DNA from: Laetmonice hystrix
Lineage: Eukaryota
Reading direction: 5' to 3'
DNA length: 64,000 bases
Assembly (NCBI GenBank): GCA_965235115.1
Contig: OZ249436.1
Span: forward strand, 9,736,001-9,800,000
Shown: positions 40,009-53,051 of the stretch, one piece after another
How positions within the stretch are numbered: the first letter of the stretch is position 1
Layout: each line of letters opens with the position of its first letter
Program-made: the position numbers and the translations under genes
The notes under the pieces: generated by a model
Told to the model about the DNA's origin: nothing
What the model saw: only the letters and a program-made list of their open reading frames with translations
Databases searched by the model: none

Positions 40009-40165
40009 CTTGCAGCATACTCCTGTATGCAGTATCTGTGATGGCGAAGACATGGGGCGGTACTTCATGCCTCTTCTTTCCCTTGTACAGCTCAATGACC
40101 TTTTCTGTGTAGATTGGCAGCTTCTTATATGGGTTCACAACTACACAAAATAGACCCGAGTATGT
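40009..40165 (-). CDS. zip (MYH9/MYH10-like): Non-muscle myosin II heavy chain, coding exon 2 ([14 protein letters not shown]...TAYRSMLQ)
   Basis: Acceptor ttgcag|ACA and donor CAAG|gtgaga. 157 nt, phase 0 to 1. Conserved motor-domain sequence. Confidence 0.96.
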
Positions 40166-41737
40166 CTGCAATAGGATCAAACGTAAATCAGCACATATAA
40201 ATCTTTAGAAGGCACCAATTAGTCTCAAAATTATACCAGGCCTGATTTTACAATATGAATGATCAGTTCGTTCGCGTGTCGATCATCTAAAATTAAAAGG
40301 CCCAAAACGATAATCCGTTCACCTGCAAATTTTGCCGGAGACATCCAAATTTTACTTGTCTTCTAGAGGTAACTGATTCAAGAAAACAAGAACATTTTTT
40401 GGGTTGCACAAAATTTCAGGTCTGTTATACAGTGCAGGGTCTGCCAAATATTCCAGAAATGTGGTTGCCCATTGGGCAACCAGAAGCCCAAAAGTTGCTG
40501 CCTAACAAATAAGCATGGTTGTCTAGGAATTCCTTTTATTATGGAATGTAAAAATGTAACAGTTTCAGTCTGGAACAAAACAGTTTTATTATTTACATAA
40601 CTTGGTATTGTCACAAAGACCCTATTTAAATTTTAATATCTGGGTTTACAATGTCCAGTCACTTGCCTACGTGTGACCATGATCATCAATGATAGTGAAA
40701 GCCTAGATTGGAAAGGGGGGGGGGGATGGGTTTGAAGATTTAAGTAACTGTTTAATAATAAATGGTACCTGAAATTACAATAATAATAGGTCCTAAATTT
40801 TGTTTTCCCCTGTGGCTGTGTATTCCGATATGGTGAGCAAATTAAATTATATTGTTTGTTAATTCCTATCTGGCAAAAATTGAATATTCCCAACTATAGG
40901 CCTGCCACCTACCCAAATGTTGGGGGGGGGGGGGTTAACACACTTCAGTCCCCCCACTTTTTATATTGGGGGGGAGGGGGCTGATGCACCCCTGCCCTCC
41001 CCCCCCCTCCTATGCCTATGGTTTGGGTTGTCCCAGGTTTTTTTTTAAATGCCTAGGTAAACAATTCCACTGGGGCCACTAGCCAGTAATATTATTTTTA
41101 GGCAGAAAATATTTCCAGAGTTAAACATGTTATTTTCAATATTGAGAAAATGTTCATCATGGTTACGATGGTTTACAAATTTCCCTCTCTTGAAAATATT
41201 TTAATAATTTATTACATCATAAAACTTTCTGTAAAACCTCAACACCAAGACACCCCACCCCCACCCCGGGCCCCAACCCTCGGCACCTGACTGGAGTGGT
41301 ACACATGCAGTGTTTTAAATGACAGGCACCCTCACTGGAGGCCTCAGTGCAGACCGAGATCGAGCGGTTCATCACACTTCCGCATCTAGCCCCCTTTTCC
41401 AACCGTAACGACAGGCGCCACCACCGGTATCTGTGAGAGCACTTTACTCAACCGTCATCAGGAGGGACTCGGCGTTCACGCAATGTTCTGGGCTTGGTAT
41501 TTTATGTAAGAAACGTGCGATTTGATGAAAACACAAGCTGTAGTAGGCCTACTCCCATGTGTACCTACACCTGGGACATGACTTTGTTTTGGGGGGGTGA
41601 CAATATCGCCTTATCGGGCCCCGGACCCGTGTGTGGTTTCCCCGGTGTTGCGGGTTCATAATCATTGACTAATGATCATTGTCTGCGACTGACTGGACCA
41701 GTTGGGCTTCTATATTTCTTTCCAGGGGTATACTTAC

Positions 41738-42091
41738 GTAAATAAGTCCTGAATAGTATCTGTCCTTAAGGTTGTGCAGGACTGAGGCTTCATTAAGGCA
41801 CGTCAGTTCGGCCATGTCCTCAACTTTGTCAAATTTAGGGGGGTTCATTTTCTGTATGTCATCCTTGTTGACCACCACATGCTTTCCGGTTTCCTGAATT
41901 TCCACGAGTACTTCATCACCCCGTTCTTCTTTAATACTGGCTGCCACGAAGCCATGGGATTCGTGAGGAACCCAAACAAGTCGCTTGGCCGCCCAGGCTG
42001 CTTGGGCAGTGGGGTCATTGACGATGCCTCGGTCTACTGTCAAATATTTCAGCTCGGCACCGCTGAATCCCCCGTAATCCATGTCCGCCAT
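41738..42091 (-). CDS. zip (MYH9/MYH10-like): Non-muscle myosin II heavy chain, first coding exon (N-terminus and SH3-like subdomain, MADMDYGG...[10 protein letters not shown])
   Basis: Contains [10 protein letters not shown]...[37 protein letters not shown], diagnostic of non-muscle/smooth myosin II. ATG at 42091. Phase-0 donor TAC|gtaagt at 41737. 354 nt. Confidence 0.96.
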
Positions 42092-42239
42092 GTTGAATGT
42101 TGAATGACCTTTTTCCAACTTGCCGAAACTGTCCTGTTTCGAAGGCTATCAAAACGGGGAGAAGGCACTTACTTGTAATTCTAACTACAGACCTGTTGGC
42201 TATGTCATGGAAGTAGATATAAATGTCGACACTCCCCTG

Positions 42240-42600
42240 AAAGTCGCTGTATGCGTGCCGCCTTTTCCCTCCTACTTCCGATCGGCGTATGCTACTCCCG
42301 TTTGCGCCACTCGACGGCCGCCGCCTCGTTTACTTTGATTGGCACGTCACGTGACACCGGCGAGCCAACGTTTGGCACGCCCATTCGACCCGACAAGTGC
42401 CCGCGTTTTCACAAAATGACTGCAGGCACTGCTGTGCAGTCGTTGCCGGCTCATTAGATGCACCTATGCTAATCCATGAAACATTTTGTGTCATTCCCGA
42501 GTGATAGTTTCGGCCAGTTTGGCGTATTTATTTTTATCGTGTACAACAGTCACGGAATATCGTGACGTCACCACGATGATATCACTGCAAACACCGGTGA
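42240..42600 (-). promoter_or_regulatory. Probable myosin promoter (CpG-rich; CCAAT box, GTCACGTGAC E-box, CRE)
   Basis: CpG-dense region just upstream of the ATG. ATTGG at 42338-42342 sits next to GTCACGTGAC at 42346-42355, and TGACGTCA is at 42563-42570. Confidence 0.55.
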
Positions 42601-42954
42601 TGAAGTGTGGTACGGTTCCTGTTGGCGGGATTCGGAGGCTCAGAGCCCCGTTGGTGGTTTGGCGGGCCGAGACCAGCGAACGATCCCTGCCGGAACACGA
42701 TGATTCACCTCTCTGCCTCTACGGGTATTCATGAATGAGCGCGCTTGTGGCACGTGTAGGCCGACATAGAATCTAGGCCGGATCCATCTGAGCAGGCCCG
42801 GGGCAGAACTGCCGGTTATTCCTCAACACTGCAGCACTGCCAACACAACAGCAGCCGAAATTTCAAAGTTGGATGGCTGGCGCGTGACTGCATGAGCAGA
42901 GCTCTAGCGTCTAGGTCTATCTTAGTATCTACTCTAGATTGCAGGGTTAGGGTC

Positions 42955-44600
42955 AGGGCAGCAGGGGCGGGTCCAGGATTTTGGTAGCAAGATTGGAGCA
43001 TGGTCAATTCCTAAAGTTCTATGATGAAGAAAAAAGGAAAAGTTGGCTGGGTACGTGGGGGTGCAACATTTTGGCAAGGCCGGGGGGGGGGGGGCAGAAC
43101 TGAGATATGGGGGGGGGGGGGGGGGGTTCAAGTGACGTGGCCGGGGGGGGGGGGGGTGTCCCAACCATAATATTAGTAATTCATTTATATCTATTTAGTC
43201 TAGCCTAGTTATTTAATTAGCTATTAATTTTTTTTTTTGGAGGGGGTCCTGAAACCCTCCTGGCTATACACCCTGGGGGGGGGGGGGGGTCAGGGGTAGA
43301 ACTTGCTAAGGGAGGGGACGGCTGGGGGGGTTCAGCATGGTCCCATGTATGCGGGGGGGGGGGTGCCGTTCCAACCCCCTGAACCCCCCCCCCCCCTTCC
43401 CCTGAATCCTCAGGGATCTAGACTAAGAGGGAAAGGTTTTTAGGGAGAACAAGTTGAGTCTGGGGGCCGAAATAGGAATGAAGGAATCAAAGGAAGTAGC
43501 CATACCTATAGGCCTATAGGCCTTGCCAATGATATAGATGTTCCTAATTAGGGTGACACATAGTTTACATCCATGGGCGGATAAAGGGGGTTAGAAGGTA
43601 CGTTGTACACCCCTTTGTGATCTTCTTTTACTTAGGCCCTAGGCTATAGGCCTATGCCTCTTTTATTTGTGCCAAGGAAGGGGGGGGGGGGCAATGCCTC
43701 CCCCCGAACCGCGCCAGAATTTCGCGAGGGCCTCGCTCAGTAGCGCCCCCTCAGACCACTCGACCCCCACCACACACCCCAAAAAGTGCCTACACGTTTA
43801 TTTCAGCCAATTAGCTACGGCGGCGCCCTGTCCTTAAATGGAAGTCCGCGGTCTTTCTATACTTTCTCCTAAAAGGTTTACCTTTAAAATAATAATAATA
43901 ATAGCCCACTTCCTGAAAAAGGTCCCCCCCCCCCAAAAAAAAAAAAAAACCGACCCACCCCTTTCGAAATTATGCTGGCTAGTGCCTACTGTAGATCTAG
44001 GCCTATACCGACCTGTGTTAGGCCTATTGTATTATAGGCCTTTCTTCTATCGCCCTCCTGAATCACAGTTCACAGTAACGGGAACGCCGTAATGAAGAAT
44101 GCCAAGTATGTAATGCGCTGGAATGTCGCATGCGTTCAACAACCCATTCCAGGAAAAGTCCTGCGTGCAGCCTAAAGTGATCCTATACAGCAATACAGCC
44201 ACATCTGGGAGAGGCCTACTATTTTCAAATTTAGGACATTGCATGATGCGTTAGAACTGTCCCGTTCGGTTGAACTCTGCTAAACCTATAGAAGTATAGA
44301 GTCCATATGATTTCTGTCTGTCCATAAAAGGACACTTTAATGATTAGATCTACATTGAAAAAAATACCTAATGGATTGAAACAAAGAGAATTCTTCTCCG
44401 TGCGTTTCAATATCAAAAGATATCTTTGCCAAATATGTCTTTTGAACTAGTGCAGTGTGGATGGGGAGAGAGCGAGTGTTTCAATAAAAACCTACATAAT
44501 AGCTCGGGGTGTACATGTAGGCCTATAATTAGTGAAGCTAAAGGGGGGCACGTGCCCCCTGTGCCCCCCTCTGGATCCGCCTTTGCCTGGCTCCAGCGAG
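42955..44600. repeat. Cluster of G/C-homopolymer-rich MITE-like fragments between the two genes
   Basis: Multiple G10-15 and C runs, and cagggggcggg/atccagg- and ctggatccgcc-type ends. Boundaries unresolved. Confidence 0.5.
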
Positions 44601-44914
44601 ATTTTCAAAGATATCTTAAGACTTATACATGTTAAGTTGGTTTCCGGCTCACTCGCTAGGTGGCTCTGTGATCGAAGAGCCACCTAGCGAGTTGGCCGGG
44701 AACCATCTCAACCTGAGCGGGGTATGTGTCGCCACCTATCGGAACATGTGGCACCATTCACGCCCACGATCGAACCATTCTTCTGATAGTTTAATACATG
44801 TACATGTATGCGGTCCGTCGTTTTTGGTGAAACGACTCACCAAACTTCAGTTATCAATTCATTATCATTATCCCATAATAAGGCCTAATGGTTTCTATAA
44901 ATAAATTTGGCATA

Positions 44915-44962
44915 AAATCACAAAGACAACTTGAAATAGAGAATAACTTTGTTAATTTTATT
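44915..44962 (-). terminator. Candidate polyadenylation signal of the RAI1/TCF20-like gene
   Basis: Minus-strand AATAAA at 44957-44962, followed about 25-45 nt later by the GU-rich element gttgtctttgtgatttt. Confidence 0.4.
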
Positions 44963-47671
44963 CCGTATCTTGTGAACAGAACTGGGCTAATACAAATCCG
45001 TTAAATGGCTAGTGCATGTAAAAAAGTTTTGACGACACACTGGTTTTCTTTTTGTCACGCTGACATGTCCTGCTAGGAAAGTCTGGGATTGGCAATCTAC
45101 GTTTTAGCAGATGTGTACAGCTCTGCGAGCGTATCTCACGGTAGGAGGCCTTCTAGTGCATTAAAAATGGGTGCGAACTTAGCCACCCGGACCTGTCACC
45201 TGAATAATACAATATACTCGATAGAAAAGTCCATAGGATCAAGAGATGATACAGGTATCAATTAAGCATTCTTCATATTCAGACTCACAAAGTATGTACA
45301 CGTCTCTACATCTCTATGGCCAAAACGTACATCATATATAGTTACATCTGCATTTCAGTCGTCTGTATTAATGCATACATTAACTTGAACACACCTGTTT
45401 TCTCTCTGCCTGTACAAATTGTGTCTGTATATTATAAGCAGCAAGAGTTATGCTGATCAATGTCATTAACAGGGCTACCACATCAATACAGCAACACCTT
45501 ATAATGCGCACTTGGCCCAGGTTCTAGCCTAATGACAACGTGTTATCTACCGGTAGATGTCGCCACAATCCAAAGCTACGTTGGCATGTTCACATATTGG
45601 ACAACATGATCACATGGGTGTAAAAAATAGTAAAAAGAACAAAAACAAAACAAAAACGGCTTTAGCTGGATGTATCCATAAGCTAAGGGAAAGCACAATA
45701 TTGTCATCACTAGGACCACATTTCTAGGACGCTACAAAACTAATCTTTCACAAAATACGTCAATACTTTGACATGATGCACCTTGGCATTTCTATACAGT
45801 TCCATTCGAATTCCTTAGGACGATCACTTAATAACCAGAGAAATTGCTGTGACACACATGAGTGTCCAATTCGGCGCCATACGGCCCTTACAGTACGGAT
45901 TGTATTTCACCTACCAATGGTTGATGAGCATTCTATATTGTTCCTAACTCTCATACCGGTAACCCTCTTCTCACCCGCCGACTACCTCAAAATTTACACA
46001 GTATACGATTATACATTGTAGCAGTGTGGACAGATGCTTTATTAAAAGAAATAATCTTTGAGCACAGTTTACATTTTCATTTTTTGTTTTTGCTATGAGA
46101 TGACGGCTGTGAAGATGAAGTAAGGGCGATATTACAAGGATGCTGCTACCAGCTTAGGTCCTCTCTCTTTTGCAGTGAAGATTATCATTTTCATTGCTTA
46201 TACTGACATAGTATACTGGTAACCGATGCTACAACAATGGTCACTGTAAGTCTTTGTTATAGTCCTGTCCACACGCAGCTAATTATATTGTTATTCAAAT
46301 ACAGAAATATATCAATTACTGATTACAAAAATAAAACTCCTACATCTGATAGATTGTACTGGTCAACAGATGATAACCAGAGGTTCCCAAGTGCAATTTT
46401 ATAATCAAAAAGGGGTTGGGATGGAGTTCGAAAATTACTTACTTGGGTAACTGGATAATATTACAATATTACAGGAGTAAAATTTACTTGTTACATTAAT
46501 AAATAACCGATGGAAACACTGTGAATATGCTGCCGACAACTTGAACAGCACCATAGACCACCACTTTACGTTCTAAATTACACCCAATGAATCTGTGGAT
46601 TCCTCTCTGTATGTGTTGGATGAGATACTAATCTTACAACCACCTATCACTCCATGTAGGGCGGGATAAGCACACAGCGATGACTCGAATCAAATAGCAT
46701 AGGTCCTTCCAGTTCTATATTGGTAACCAACAGCAACCAGCCTAATCGGGATACGTGTAGTAGTAGGCAACAAATACAAACAGGCGCAAACAGCACGCCC
46801 CTTGCCGGTAGGGGGCGCCACGTATAAATGCGTAACCAAAGGTGGTGCCCTCGTGCGTCAGAAGGTGAAGTTACGAGTACAAATAGGTTGCCATGGCACT
46901 CGACGATTTGCTGGGCTGGGTTTGCCCCCAAAACTGTAAAACTAAACCACACGAACGCATTCACACCTGAAAAAGAAACGAACGTTGTATAAGTAATTTT
47001 TTAAGGCTAATATTTAAATAAATAATCTTATAGATCCTAAGTGGCATACAAAGTCAGTGATGGAGGTGCAGTTAACGATTGATATACTGAGGGGAAGGGA
47101 TTGCCCCTGGCTCCAGCATCATTGATTCACAGTTAATTAGGTCAATTTATCAATTCACACATGAAATGCGAGGGTGTATCACAGACTGACGGTGTACGGG
47201 GAGAAAAGATAGGAGTCTTTGGTGGGAAATGGAAAATGGGTAAGATAGGCTCTCTTGTATTTTTGGTTTGTTTTTGATGAAGACATATAAAGCTTTTGTT
47301 CCAAAAAAGGTTTATCTGATGTTCTACATTATTACTCAGCGAGTCTTAATATATGAAAATATCATCCCTCTTCAATCTGTATTGACAATTTCAACGATCA
47401 CTTATCTAAATTACTCTTAAACATTTGTCATTAAGACCGATTACTCCTGCAATAGTAAATGGACGGAAGGAACGGAGAAAATTATGACCGTTTGACATTC
47501 ATTACATGAAAAAAAAGTGTCTTACATGTATCAGTTGACTTAAGAAATGGTTCTAAGTCCAGAACTTCCACCCAAGTCCTTTGGAGTTATACTTTATACA
47601 TTTTGTACATCTATCAATTTATAGATATTGAATAAAAACATCAAATGAAAGCATCTTACTCTATTTAGGTG

Positions 47672-47716
47672 TCATGACAGATTGTTGGAAATGTTCATCA
47701 TTTTAACTTTCTTGTC
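47672..47716 (-). CDS. RAI1/TCF20-like: RAI1/TCF20-like terminal coding exon (DKKVKMMNISNNLS*)
   Basis: Strong acceptor tctttgttttgcag|GAC, phase 0, TGA at 47674-47672. Confidence 0.7.
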   Translation of the reverse strand, partial: DKKVKMMNISNNLS

Positions 47717-48478
47717 CTGCAAAACAAAGAGTACTGTGGTAAGGGATAAGCAGCAATTACAGGTACGTTAGCTCCACAAATGGGAATGGTATTACGGTAC
47801 CTAATGTTAATGAACTTATCAGGGTTCCATCGCTGAAATATTTATCATTTTCCCCAACTATCACTGGAGAATCACTCCGTTTTGTGATTGAGTTGATACA
47901 AATGCACGATATTATAGATTTTGAAGGCCGTGATTTCAGTCCAATCCCTTATATCTTCAATCTTGTACTTATATATATTTTGAAAGGTCAGGCAGTGTTG
48001 GAACCCCGATTCACTGGTTCATTATAATTGCATAACTGTTAATTAAAGGGAGCATATCAATAAACCTATTTGGACATTATTCATCTTCACCCAATAAAAC
48101 TTTTCAAACATCGTACTTAAATTCATATCGATACAAATAGTGCGTACAAGAATGAGAACACATTTCGTCAACTTGCATATGTTTTGTCTGTAATACACTG
48201 TTCATACCACCTGCATTAGGAGCCTGTTCTAGAGGTCCAAAGAAAATAATCAAATACAGTATACATGTATCTACTTTGCTCTCTATGTCTTTCTGTTACC
48301 TTATACAAACATTTGGGAATGCCATACGATTTCTTTTAGTCAACATTACTGGTGAGGGTGCCCTGGCAGGGCGGGGAGGGGGTTACTTAAATGACCTGCA
48401 CAACCTATATTGGCGAAGCCACCGTTCAATCACAGAGCATAGTATATAAACTGGCATAGCACCGGTACATGTACCTAC

Positions 48479-48528
48479 CTTATGTTTAGGACAAACTAAT
48501 GTGAAGTTTTCTTCATCCAACAAACAAT
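48479..48528 (-). CDS. RAI1/TCF20-like: RAI1/TCF20-like ePHD exon (DCLLDEENFTLVCPKHK)
   Basis: ccatttcag|AT ... AAG|gtaggt. 50 nt. EENF...CPKHK is the family's characteristic C-terminal motif. Confidence 0.93.
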
Positions 48529-48792
48529 CTGAAATGGAACAGAACATCTACAGCGTTTGCTAACAGGCAAATACAATACCAATAGCTGGTACCTATAAAA
48601 TAAAACGTTTGGATCTAGATGCCGTGCAAACCTATAACAGAGCTCAGCGACAAGATACAGGGTTTACCTTGGTAATGTTAATATCTTAGTCACATGGAAA
48701 TCAGGATGTTCACCTAAACCAGTGAAAGAGTACGTAGATGAAATCATTTAAAAGATATACATAATCTAAAATGACATTGGAGATATAGATAC

Positions 48793-48886
48793 CTTGTTCT
48801 GTAGCACACATGTAATGAAATTTCAGGCTGCATCCCTTGCTGTAGCAGCCCAGGTTGGCACCCACACCTTTACAATGGCTGCACAC
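48793..48886 (-). CDS. RAI1/TCF20-like: RAI1/TCF20-like ePHD exon ([31 protein letters not shown])
   Basis: ttgttatag|GTG ... CAAG|gtatct. 94 nt. Supplies the C-x2-C...C-x4-C...H-x2-C PHD ligands. Not in the ORF track. Confidence 0.93.
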
Positions 48887-51800
48887 CTATAACAACAGGC
48901 AAAACAACAGTCGTTTCAGTTTGCATACACATTGTACCAGCAGAATAATAGCAACTTCAAAAATAACTTTTCACTTCCTCGCAGCACTGATCACTGATCA
49001 GGGGTTTAAAAAAATGCAATTCCGAAGTTTATAAATAAAACCAAAAAAAATTTTCAAAAATTCTGTGTACAAAAAAAAAGAGAATGAGTAGTTTGTAATT
49101 ATTTCAGTGCCTGGGTAAGCACATATCGAATTTTATATTTATTATAAAAAGCAAACTTGAGTAGAAAGCAGTTTTCAGACATAATGGTAGCTCACATATC
49201 TGGCCATTATTTAACAAAAGATAACTCCTATGTGCAATCTTCATATAACCTTTCTTTAAGATACCGAATAGTCAAGGTGAAAAAAAATAATTAGCCATCA
49301 TAATCCTCACCGTACATCTACATCTTATACATATTATACTGGTAATGTATCAATGTAAAGGTTCCTCACACACTCTCCAATATATTATATAATACCCTGA
49401 ATTATTAAAACAAAAATGGTTAACATATCCGAATGATTTCCTTGTTTTGTGACCCAGAACAAATACACCAAATATCCCATGACGTTTGCCTCGTAATGTC
49501 AGCAGTGTGGCGTATGGTGGGCGGCAGTGCCTACACCTCTGTGACTGCACCGTGTGTGTCTGGGGTGAGGGTGGCCGACAGACCCGGTGAGGGTGACCTT
49601 CCATCAGGCAACTCCTAAATCTGGCCTTGCCCTGGCAGATGGAAGAGTCTATAGAGACAACAGAGCAGCTTGCCCAGTTTATAGGTTGCCCTACCCGTGT
49701 CGCCTGGTCAGCAAGGTCTGGCCATGTAGTCGGCTAACAGACTGGGTGTGACGTGAGCGGCGGCCTGCCGGTACGATGTTGGCGTCAGCATTCCCACACT
49801 GGCCGCCGTCAATAGGAGTCGAGGGAGACCGGGTATCACCCCCACCCCCCACCCCCGCCATGCCTTTCCTCCACCCAACTGATCAATGAGCCACGTGATA
49901 ATGGTTCACCTTCTCTACGTACAAGTACCCCCGCCTGGAACGCTAACAAATCAATACTGCCAGTCACACAACGCCACTCCCGACCAGGACACCTTGCTCC
50001 CAGTATTAGAATAGACCTTTGAACTGGTTTCCACCGAACGCTAGAGTTAGTTCAGCTCAGACTGAGGCTTTAACCACTAGCGTTCCAAATAGATAGTCAT
50101 GGCAACACGACTTACTTAATGACACAGAGCACGGACCCAATAGTTACATCTGAGTAAAAATGTTAATGATCAGATTTGTTATTGTTCAGAGAAAAAAAAA
50201 ATAGAAGATGTACTTAAACCATGTGTTTGGATAAAGTCAGAGCTCATGATTAAAGAAAAGAATGACGGCCGCAGAAAGTACCATTTGTAACCTATGGCAG
50301 TAAGGGTGGCCAGATCAAGGGTCGGCCCCTTTGGTCCTGTAGTTTGTCTCATGATTTTACACCTGACCCCTTTGAACGCCGTTAGTTTTTCCTGTTAGTA
50401 GATCCACCTCCTTTCAAAATACTAAAGCCTGGTACGGGAAATACAAGTTAAAGGGAAGGTAACCTGCCCCGTGTACCTCAGAGTCAGTAGGATTAGGGAT
50501 TGTTTTTAAAAATGCCGGGTCAATTAAAGAGGCAGGCAAAGTTCCTCACTAACGTACCTTTGAACACCAGTAACACCATGTCAAGTGTCTAAGGTCGCGC
50601 CGATAAGTGGAACACTGTCTAAGGCGACGTTTAAAAATACCGTAAGGGTCATTCGCTATTTTCACACGCGTTACACCGCCACTGGCTTCATCGGACACTC
50701 ACTCACTCACTCACTACGACTGCACTACTGACTGTGTACTCTTACCGGTGACAGCAGACACCTTTTTCTGTCTCTTCACACCCTTATTGGGGCATGTTAA
50801 CGAATACAGAGTTTGTGTGCGGCTATCGTTTGCAACCCTCTCTGAAATCGTCAATGAATCTGTCGCCATCATGGGCATGTTTCTGGTAAAAGTGGAATCG
50901 CAGTGGGACGTGAATAGCGGCACCCTGGCTGGGAATCTGCGTGGTTCGTTCCGCCTGGCGGCTACATAACAATTCGTGGACAAGTAGGGCAGACAAGCAG
51001 ACGAAGCCAGCGGGAGAATGCCTAGCTACATTTCAGTTGATTATTCCTTTATTAAAGATCAGACCATCACAGGATTGTAGGTAGGAACAAGCTTGTTCAT
51101 GCTGAACACCCTTATATTGATAGTTTGAGCTTTTCCTGTAGGTTTAATATTTCAATGAATTTCAGACACTGAACTTCCTTTCAAAGCGACGTTACTGCAA
51201 TTCCCCTACACCCTTCCCTGATTTGGCACAGGAATAACTACTAGAAGCCTATTCTTGGTTCCTCTTCCTGTAAATCAGTTAAGCTTTATTCCTGGCGGCC
51301 CGATCGAAGTCAGAATGACTGATATCCTTGACTGGGATCCACGTCGTACGGTTGACCTTGACACAGCCTTGTGACGTGGGCGGGTACATCAATGGACCCT
51401 CTTCTCTACCTGACCATCATTACACATGGTGGACCATGTGGCCTTGCAGCGGGACAATAGGCTCCCGCATACCCTCAAGATAATCTACTAGCAAGGCCAA
51501 ATGTGGCCACAAATCATGGACTAAACGAGTATCTGGGGTACACCATGTAGACGGTAACGAGCGAGGAGCCAGCAGCCAGACGGGACCACTGCATACCTAG
51601 TGCTTCCTCCGTGCAGTGCACTACCAACCATCCCTCACACCAGGCGCCACTAATTATGGCTCCAGCGGGCGCCTGGTGGCGTCCCTCGCTTCATTTGGAT
51701 TAAATATTACTTTAAAACATGTCACACCACGCCAATCATTGTCAGTGGGGGGTTTAAGCCCCTGAAACACATTTAGGTTCAGATTCAAATGTCGGTCCCC

Positions 51801-53051
51801 TACCTCACTAATAAATGATCAATACGGCAGTCATTGAGTTTTCCTGCAGTCTATGACTCACATCTACGAATACAGGTTTGAAAAACGTAACCCTTCTATA
51901 ATTTGGATCTATGGCACATAGCGGCCACGTTAGCACGTCTGCCACTTGAGTAGCACAGCAAAGGCTGGAGTGGGTAACTGCTGCGGTACCACAGAGGTTT
52001 GGAGCCAGACGTACTGTCAATGGAGCATGCCGGACTGCCTGCTCCAAAAGAGTTCCAAGCATGCAATGAGACTGCCCACTGCATGTGTAGACTATTTCAG
52101 TCACTTACAAACTCCAAATTGGAACGCTATGAGCGAGCTGGCGTCCATCGGGCCTTGACAGGCAGAGCACAGGGTCAGCTTTAAAATACTGAGTGCAGCT
52201 CAATCTGGTCTTGATCACATGACTGCTACAACAAAAGTGAGAGTAGTTTGCGATTCCGATTTACTATTGGTTTGACCTGGTCTTATGGCATATCTCCTGT
52301 AAATGATCATACTCTGGCTAGAAACTCTCAGAAAAGGCAAAAGCACTTAAAGTAAAGTTAGAATTATAAAGAATTCCGAAGTAATTATGAAATAATGTTT
52401 TTTTCCTTTATCATTTTCAGGTAATAACCAGGCCCATTCAAAACCCGATATCTTTTAGCTTAATAATGGAAAGCTGGATCATTTCTCATCACATAGCTCT
52501 GACGTTCTAACAAGTGATTCTTTCCAAGATCCTAAAATAGCGCCACGGAGACGCCTCGACTGAAACAACTTTTATCTGGGCCCTGATTCTGAACGCCATT
52601 ACTCTCCATGATGTGCCTGATTATTTCCTTTAATTAGCAAGGATATCATATTATATTCTTATTCAGGAGACAGTAATTGAGTTTGGGACACGTGCTGGTG
52701 ACGCTCGGTATTTCAGTACCATCGCCGCCATCACTACAGTTATTGCCGCTCTGAAGGCCACACGTGATTTATCATTTACAGTTACTACACGTGGCAACCC
52801 TTGCCAATATATAATATTGTAATCAATCAAATTAACTTTATTCACGTTAACACGAAACAGACTTATTTTTGATGCCACGTGCAGGTAACAGTTGTACTAA
52901 AGTGAAGCTTCTCATGCTGGATGTAGAGAAATCCATGTTGCTCCAGATAAACGCACGTTAGTAACTTACTAATGGCAAGCTCACATGATGGTGCCCCATC
53001 CAGAAATGGCTTTCTACGATATAAAGGTTTAAAAAAAGGTTAGATACTTAC

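Noticed and set aside
42130..42175. gtaagt donor plus nearby AG acceptors in the myosin 5' UTR
   Set aside because: The implied intron is under 45 nt, too short to be credible.
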